Origin: an uncultured bacterium
GTDB taxonomy: Bacteria > UBP14 > UBA6098
DNA length: 44,217 nucleotides
Reading direction: 5' to 3'
Assembly (NCBI GenBank): GCA_964400105.1
Contig: CAYNTG010000001.1
Coordinates: 18,885-63,101 of the forward strand
Shown: positions 38,857 through 44,217 of the stretch, in pieces
Numbering within the stretch: position 1 is the first letter of the stretch
Layout: every line of letters starts with the position of its first letter
Notes under the pieces: model-generated
Seen by the model: only the letters and a program-made list of their open reading frames with translations
What the model was told of the DNA's origin: nothing
Database searches by the model: none
Program-made: the position numbers and the translations under genes

Positions 38857-39978
38857 TTATTTCAGGAATCTTTTCGCCGTTTTGATGCCTTTAATGAACA
38901 GTCTAAACGGCGACGGGGAATAGATGCACCCAAGAAGACAGACGAAATTGCAGTGGAGCATCGCCTTTCGGATTTTTACCATTTTATCGCTGTTCCACAG
39001 TTCCCGAAACGACGTCTCTTTGAGATTGCCGACCAAACCATAGTTGCAATATCCAACATTTCCGTTCGGCTTTATCCATACGTTCTGAAATGCGACGGTG
39101 CATGGCTGCGGGTTTTCCAATAGGTCGAACGTGAAGTATCTTTTGACCGCTTCGAGATGTTCCCTATCGTTCATGATCGTGCCGGGAAATTTCTTTTCGA
39201 TCTCCAATATCCTGTCTATCGTTTCATTCAATAAACCGAATCTTTCCGGTGGTATCCATTGCGGAAACCGCTCATGAGCCTTTGTGGCATCCTTATGTTT
39301 GGTCAAAAAGGCATAGGCACATGGATCGAATGGCTGCAGAAAAATGACATATCCTCGCTCGGCGACGAATCTAACGAGTTCTGGAAGGTTGTCGATGTTC
39401 TCGTCGGAGATCACGCTGTTTATTTTAAGGTTGATATTTTTTGGTTTGACATCCTCGAAGGCGTTGAGCGATTTCAGAACTCCTTTTTCCCATACCCCTT
39501 TTCGCCCCCGGATTACATCGTGCACATCGCCGATTCCATCGACGGAAAGCGAGATATGCCCGACTCCCAAACCATCGTATCTTCTTATAATATCTTCGTT
39601 TAGCAAAAGACCGTTTGTCCCGAAATGTGTATACATCCCTTTAGCCGCAGCTACCTCCAGAACTGCGAACAATCTGTCTTTATCGACAAGCGACTCTCCG
39701 CCCGATACACCGAAATTCATAACGCCCATATCCGCGATTTCCTCGACGATCTCGATCATTCGCTCGGTAGAAATCCACTCCACACGCTCTTCTTTTATCG
39801 GAACATGCTTAACATTGCACATAGGGCAATTCAGGTTGCACTCTGTATGTTGAATCCAATAGACGGTCTGCGGCGGTTTTCTCGATATACCTGTTATAAC
39901 ATCCTTCTTAAGTGCTCTTTTTGCCGCAAATTTCCCAAAACCGATTCGACCGAGTTTATCGAGTTTTTTATAGTTCAT
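38857..39978 (-). CDS. Radical SAM protein with SPASM/twitch-like C-terminal domain
   Basis: CNLNCPMC (CxxxCxxC), SGGE, TNG, SLSVDG, PC...IKPNGNVGYC...VGNLKETSFRELWNS...C...C...C. Confidence 0.9.
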   Translation of the reverse strand: MNYKKLDKLGRIGFGKFAAKRALKKDVITGISRKPPQTVYWIQHTECNLNCPMCNVKHVPIKEERVEWISTERMIEIVEEIADMGVMNFGVSGGESLVDKDRLFAVLEVAAAKGMYTHFGTNGLLLNEDIIRRYDGLGVGHISLSVDGIGDVHDVIRGRKGVWEKGVLKSLNAFEDVKPKNINLKINSVISDENIDNLPELVRFVAERGYVIFLQPFDPCAYAFLTKHKDATKAHERFPQWIPPERFGLLNETIDRILEIEKKFPGTIMNDREHLEAVKRYFTFDLLENPQPCTVAFQNVWIKPNGNVGYCNYGLVGNLKETSFRELWNSDKMVKIRKAMLHCNFVCLLGCIYSPSPFRLFIKGIKTAKRFLK

Positions 39979-40008
39979 TCTATCCTTTGAAATTGTTATT
40001 GAGTATCA

Positions 40009-40367
40009 GAGCTTGCTGATTTTTGTTTTGCAACAAAACCGAAAATACAAAGTTCACTTCTTAATGGCTTCATGAGATAAATCCCGGAAAACAAATTCTT
40101 AGCTAACATAAGCAAAATCATAGACTTCGAGAAATTCCGCCCGATGCTCGACGAGTGCTACGAAAACATCGGAAGATGCGCGGACGACACAACGCTGATA
40201 AGGTTCCGCAACCGTCTTGACGAAAACGACCTTTATGATAAGCTCATGAGCAAACTTGAAAAGCAACTTACCCGCTCCGGCCTGAAAATCACCGAAGGTC
40301 GAAACTTGAGCTGAGAAAAGCTATAAAATATCCAAAATTGAAAGTTGTGCCCCTTTTCAGTGATCTC
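40009..40367 (+). mobile_element. Internally deleted IS5-family element (right copy), transposase pseudogene
   Basis: Frame reads KPKIQSSLLNGFMR*IPENKFLANISKIIDFEKFRPMLDECYENIGRCA|DDTTLIRFRNRLDENDLYDKLMSKLEKQLTRSGLKITEGRNLS*: internal stop, apparent deletion, no DDE domain. Possible imperfect ends GAGCTTGCTGA / GAGATCACTGA; boundaries tentative. Confidence 0.72.
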
Positions 40368-40412
40368 GCAATGACAGCTTAAATTCTTGTTTTCTGTTAA
40401 AAATCAGCAATC

Positions 40413-40961
40413 TCATATATTCTTTCTATAATGTAGTTCTTTCAGCGAATGGAAATTCGTGAAGTCGGCCTTGTTAATCGCTATGGCCTCCAGGCTTCGC
40501 CAGCCGCCGTCGCCCTCGTGGGCATGGACTGCAATGCAATGGCAAACCGCCGGCGGAAGGCCCATTTCGTAGGCGATAGCGCATCCGCTGAACGGATGTC
40601 GAAGGTATTTGCCGATCTCCGATTTCACGAAAGCGCCGTCCTCGTATTTATATTCGAGAAATTTGCCGACATCATGAAGAATGCCGCCAGCGATAAGGAC
40701 GTCGCGGTCGAATTTATAATCTTCATATGCCCCGGCCATGCGCTCGGCGTTGTCGAGGGCCATCTCCGTAACCTGTTTCGTGTGCTCGACGAGCGATACA
40801 TTCGTGCCCGGAATAAGCAGCGTGAACGGAATCTCGAAGATGTTATCCTCCGTCCATCCCGCGCGCTCGATAGCGGTTTCCATTGTTAAACGAACCTTCG
40901 CCCGAAGGTCCTCGTCGCCGATTTCATCGATAATCGATAGTTCTTGCCAAAGTCTATCCAT
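40413..40961 (-). CDS. HD-domain (HDIG-type) metal-dependent phosphohydrolase
   Basis: LVEHT...GILHDVGK...RHPFSG...AVHAHEG...KAD. ATG at 40961 follows GGAGG (alternative start 40973). Confidence 0.88.
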   Translation of the reverse strand: MDRLWQELSIIDEIGDEDLRAKVRLTMETAIERAGWTEDNIFEIPFTLLIPGTNVSLVEHTKQVTEMALDNAERMAGAYEDYKFDRDVLIAGGILHDVGKFLEYKYEDGAFVKSEIGKYLRHPFSGCAIAYEMGLPPAVCHCIAVHAHEGDGGWRSLEAIAINKADFTNFHSLKELHYRKNI

Positions 40962-41094
40962 AATCGCCTCCATTTTCCTCTAAAAATATACATAGTTTGC
41001 TACCCGTCAACGATATTAATTGGGTTGGCCGAAAGATTTTATCAAACGATCGATCAAACTTGATTTTGAATATATCTGGCATATCATATACGCC

Positions 41095-43371
41095 ATGAAT
41101 GCGGCAATCATTCGAATACAAGGCATCGTTCAAGGGGTCGGATTTCGACCCACGGTTTATCGTTTGGCCGGCGAATTTGATATCGTCGGTTTCGTCCGAA
41201 ACGACACCGGCGGTGTCACTATCCATGCGGAGGGCGCGAGGATCGACGAATTTATCCGGGCGCTGCGTTCGAGAGCACCGAGGGCGTCTATCGTTCGGGA
41301 GATGACGGTTGCCGAGATTTCGCCGGAGGGATATTCCGATTTCGTGATCGTCCCGAGCGAATCGACCGAGGGCGACGTCACATCGATCTCGCCCGACCTG
41401 GCAACATGCCCGGAATGCACCCGCGAGCTGCTCAATCCGGCGGATCGACGCTTCGGTTATCCGTTTATCAACTGCACGCTTTGCGGCCCAAGATATAGCA
41501 TCGTCCGCGAATTGCCATACGACCGGCCATTGACCACGATGTCCGATTTTCCGATGTGCGAGGACTGCAATCGAGAATACATGGATGTTCACGATAGACG
41601 CTTTCACGCCCAACCGAACGCATGCGAGGTTTGCGGCCCGCGATACGAGCTTCTCGATGGCGAAGGGAAAACGATCTCCTGCGAAAATCCGATCGAGCGC
41701 GCGGCGCGGTTTTTGTTATCCGGGAAGATCGTTGCGGTGAAAGGTATCGGCGGTTTTCATCTGATGGCCGATGCCCTTAACGACGATGTCGTCGATGAGC
41801 TTCGCCGACGGAAGCGGCGTCATTCAAAGCCATTTGCGGTGATGGTGAAGAATATTCAAACGGCTCGAAATCTATGCGAGCTATCGCGCTTTGAGGCCGA
41901 AATTCTCGAATCGCCGTCGGCGCCGATTCTCCTTGTAAAGATGAAAAACGAGCCTAAGCCAAAGCTACCGGAATCGCTCGCACCGGGACTCGATAGGCTC
42001 GGTGTATTTCTGCCTTATGCGCCGGTTCATCATCTTCTTTTTGCGAAAATGGATTCCCATGTTCTTATCGCCACGAGCGGAAATCGGCGCGACGAGCCAA
42101 TCGTGTGCGACAACGCCGAAGCGGTCGAAGACCTTAACGGCATCGCGGATTATTTTCTCGTCCATAATCGCGAGATAATCGGTCGAAGCGACGATTCGGT
42201 GGGATTCGTTTCGGAGAATGAAATGATAATCGTTCGCCGAAGCCGCGGAATCGTTCCGCGCTCTATCGAGATGCCGAATGCCGGGCCTTCCGTTCTCGCC
42301 GTCGGTGCCGATCTCAAGGGCACATTCTGCCTGACGCGCGGCGCCGAGGCCTTTCCCTCGCCTTATTTTGGCGATATGATAGGCGAGAAGTCATCCGCAT
42401 TTTTCGACGAGGTGTTGGATCGTTATCTTGGATGGCTGGATGTCGTTCCTCGCGCTGTGGCGTGCGATCTCCACCCCGATTATTTATCCACCATTAAAGC
42501 CGAGCGTCTCGCCAAGAAGCTGGGCGTTCCGCTCTTTCGGGTTCAGCACCATTACGCGCACGCTCTTTCCGTTGTCGCCGGAAACCGTTTGCCGAACGAG
42601 CCGGTACTGGCTCTCATTCTGGATGGCTTCGGTTACGGCGGAGACGGCTCGATCTGGGGATGTGAATTCCTGATCGTCGATTACAGCGAATTCGAGCGTG
42701 TCGGGCATCTTCGAGAAGTCGTTCAGCCGGGCGGCGACCGCGCTGCGGTAGATGTCCGTAGAATGGCGCTTTCATGGGCGTTCGAGGCATTCGGAGATCG
42801 CATTGGGCGACATTTCCCAAATCTCGTAAAATCGCTCGGCGATCTTGCGCAACCAATGATGAAAATCGTATCGAATGGCGGAGCGCCGATGGTTTCGAGC
42901 GCGGGGCGTCTTTTCGATACCGTGGCCTGCATGGCCGGGATTTGCTGCGAAAACACATACGAAAGCGAGTGCCCGCAAAGATTGATGTCCGCTTTCGATC
43001 CGCGCATCGAGGGGGCGTATAGATTCGATTTTTCCGATGGGATTCTCGATCCGATTCCGGCAATAATCGAGATTGCCGACGATGTTCGTGGGCGCGACGG
43101 AGCTTCCGTCATAGCGACGCGCTTTCATCGCGGTTTCGCGAACGGTTTGGTCGGAGCCGCACGGTCGATATGCGAGCGGCGCGGCATCTCCCGCGTGCTT
43201 TTGACCGGCGGCGTTTTTCAGAATTCGATCCTATTCGAGCTGGTTTTGAATGGACTGCGAAATGAGAATCTATCGCCGTTCTGGAATCGTTTTGTGCCGC
43301 CCGGAGATGCGGGCGTCGCTTTGGGTCAGGCGATGTTTGCTGTCGAGAAATTGCGCGGAAGCGGCGATTAA
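41095..43371 (+). CDS. hypF: Carbamoyltransferase HypF ([NiFe]-hydrogenase maturation)
   Basis: Acylphosphatase GIVQGVGFRP, zinc-finger CxxC pairs, RRFHAQP, KGIGGFHL, DLHPDYLS, QHHYAH, GDAGVALGQ. Confidence 0.97.
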   Translation: MNAAIIRIQGIVQGVGFRPTVYRLAGEFDIVGFVRNDTGGVTIHAEGARIDEFIRALRSRAPRASIVREMTVAEISPEGYSDFVIVPSESTEGDVTSISPDLATCPECTRELLNPADRRFGYPFINCTLCGPRYSIVRELPYDRPLTTMSDFPMCEDCNREYMDVHDRRFHAQPNACEVCGPRYELLDGEGKTISCENPIERAARFLLSGKIVAVKGIGGFHLMADALNDDVVDELRRRKRRHSKPFAVMVKNIQTARNLCELSRFEAEILESPSAPILLVKMKNEPKPKLPESLAPGLDRLGVFLPYAPVHHLLFAKMDSHVLIATSGNRRDEPIVCDNAEAVEDLNGIADYFLVHNREIIGRSDDSVGFVSENEMIIVRRSRGIVPRSIEMPNAGPSVLAVGADLKGTFCLTRGAEAFPSPYFGDMIGEKSSAFFDEVLDRYLGWLDVVPRAVACDLHPDYLSTIKAERLAKKLGVPLFRVQHHYAHALSVVAGNRLPNEPVLALILDGFGYGGDGSIWGCEFLIVDYSEFERVGHLREVVQPGGDRAAVDVRRMALSWAFEAFGDRIGRHFPNLVKSLGDLAQPMMKIVSNGGAPMVSSAGRLFDTVACMAGICCENTYESECPQRLMSAFDPRIEGAYRFDFSDGILDPIPAIIEIADDVRGRDGASVIATRFHRGFANGLVGAARSICERRGISRVLLTGGVFQNSILFELVLNGLRNENLSPFWNRFVPPGDAGVALGQAMFAVEKLRGSGD

Positions 43372-44217
43372 TCGGGCCAGACAAGCATCAGCAACATCAC
43401 GCGCGATGGGTGCCCGAATATCGAGATAAGCGCACGGCGGCCGTCCTGCGACCATGCGATCTCTTCGATACTCGTCGTTCCACGAGTTGAGATGGTTAAC
43501 GAATCTTCGCCATCGATTATGTATAAGGTTCCTTTTTCGACAACGAAATCGAGATCGGTTTGTGGCACTATTCCGGTCATAAAATTCGATGGAATCGAAT
43601 CGGAATCGATTTGAGGAGCAGCCGGAAAGAGTGTTTTGAGACAGGTCCCAGTTGTGTCGTCGGGGATTCTCCCGATCGGAAGCTCGTCCCCCGGCGGCAA
43701 TCCCCTTTCGATTTTTGCGACATTGCCATCGAATGTAGCGGAAAACCGTGCCGGTGGAATATTGGGTTTTGTGCAGATGGCGTAGAAGATCGAGTCCGAG
43801 CTTCCATCCCATGTCGCGATTCCGGGGATTTGCCCCATTGGAAGCTGGATCGACTCGAACGCGCCTCGCTCGTGGTAAATTTTCAGCGAAAGCTTATCCC
43901 AGTTTGCAGTATCGGGAACCATAACCGATGCCAGGACGACATTGCTCGAATCGACCTTGCCGCAAGATACCTTCAAAACGCCCGCCGAAATCAGCGTCCT
44001 CTTGTAGGTTCCGTTCCATTCCTGAAGCCGTGCGAGCTTCGGATTATTCGGCGGAGTCTCGATCCATATAACGGTGGAGTCGCCGGAAAGCCATTCGAGG
44101 TTGGAAGCCCAGCCATAGCCGATCTCCGAGAGCACACGCATTACATGCCCGGATGGGATTTCGCCCAAAGAACTCGATCCGAAAATCGCAATAATCAGCG
44201 ATAATAAAACTATTTTC
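43368..44217 (-). CDS. Secreted hypothetical protein (start at or just beyond the window edge)
   Basis: Frame stays open to the edge with a signal peptide (KIVLLSLIIAIFGSSSLG). C-terminal IAWSQDGRRAL resembles a WD40/PD40 propeller blade. Confidence 0.65.
   Translation of the reverse strand, partial: KIVLLSLIIAIFGSSSLGEIPSGHVMRVLSEIGYGWASNLEWLSGDSTVIWIETPPNNPKLARLQEWNGTYKRTLISAGVLKVSCGKVDSSNVVLASVMVPDTANWDKLSLKIYHERGAFESIQLPMGQIPGIATWDGSSDSIFYAICTKPNIPPARFSATFDGNVAKIERGLPPGDELPIGRIPDDTTGTCLKTLFPAAPQIDSDSIPSNFMTGIVPQTDLDFVVEKGTLYIIDGEDSLTISTRGTTSIEEIAWSQDGRRALISIFGHPSRVMLLMLVWPD

Noticed and set aside
41077-41093. TGGCAT upstream of hypF as a sigma54 promoter
   Set aside because: The GC is 12 nt from the GG rather than the required 10.

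Overview
Bacterial chromosomal window, mostly minus-strand genes. It looks like an FCB-superphylum organism outside Bacteroidetes (inference): it encodes T9SS-type C-terminal sorting domains, yet uses canonical TTGACA/TATAAT promoters and GGAGG ribosome-binding sites. Left to right: a split MacAB-TolC-type ABC exporter operon with a sigma54-like promoter; exbB-exbD-exbD-tonB; a small membrane protein plus a YidD-like gene; a type A CTD secreted protein; a candidate structured ncRNA; DUF3108-like and PrsW/YhfC-like genes; a cold-shock gene; a ~20 kb four-gene surface-protein operon; scpA-scpB-rluB-murI; a REC-HD-GYP regulator; tgt; a radical SAM gene bracketed by two inverted IS5-family remnants; an HD-domain gene; hypF; and a truncated secreted protein. 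The best candidate for an undescribed system is the operon at 12865-32877. It pairs two giant Cys-rich repeat proteins carrying type B (gliding-motility-type) CTDs with two paralogous PorP/PorV-like barrels fused to CARDB and OmpA-like domains. The repeat modules alternate A/B, and their cysteine pattern suggests disulfide staples between domains. All calls come from reading motifs by eye; no searches were run.
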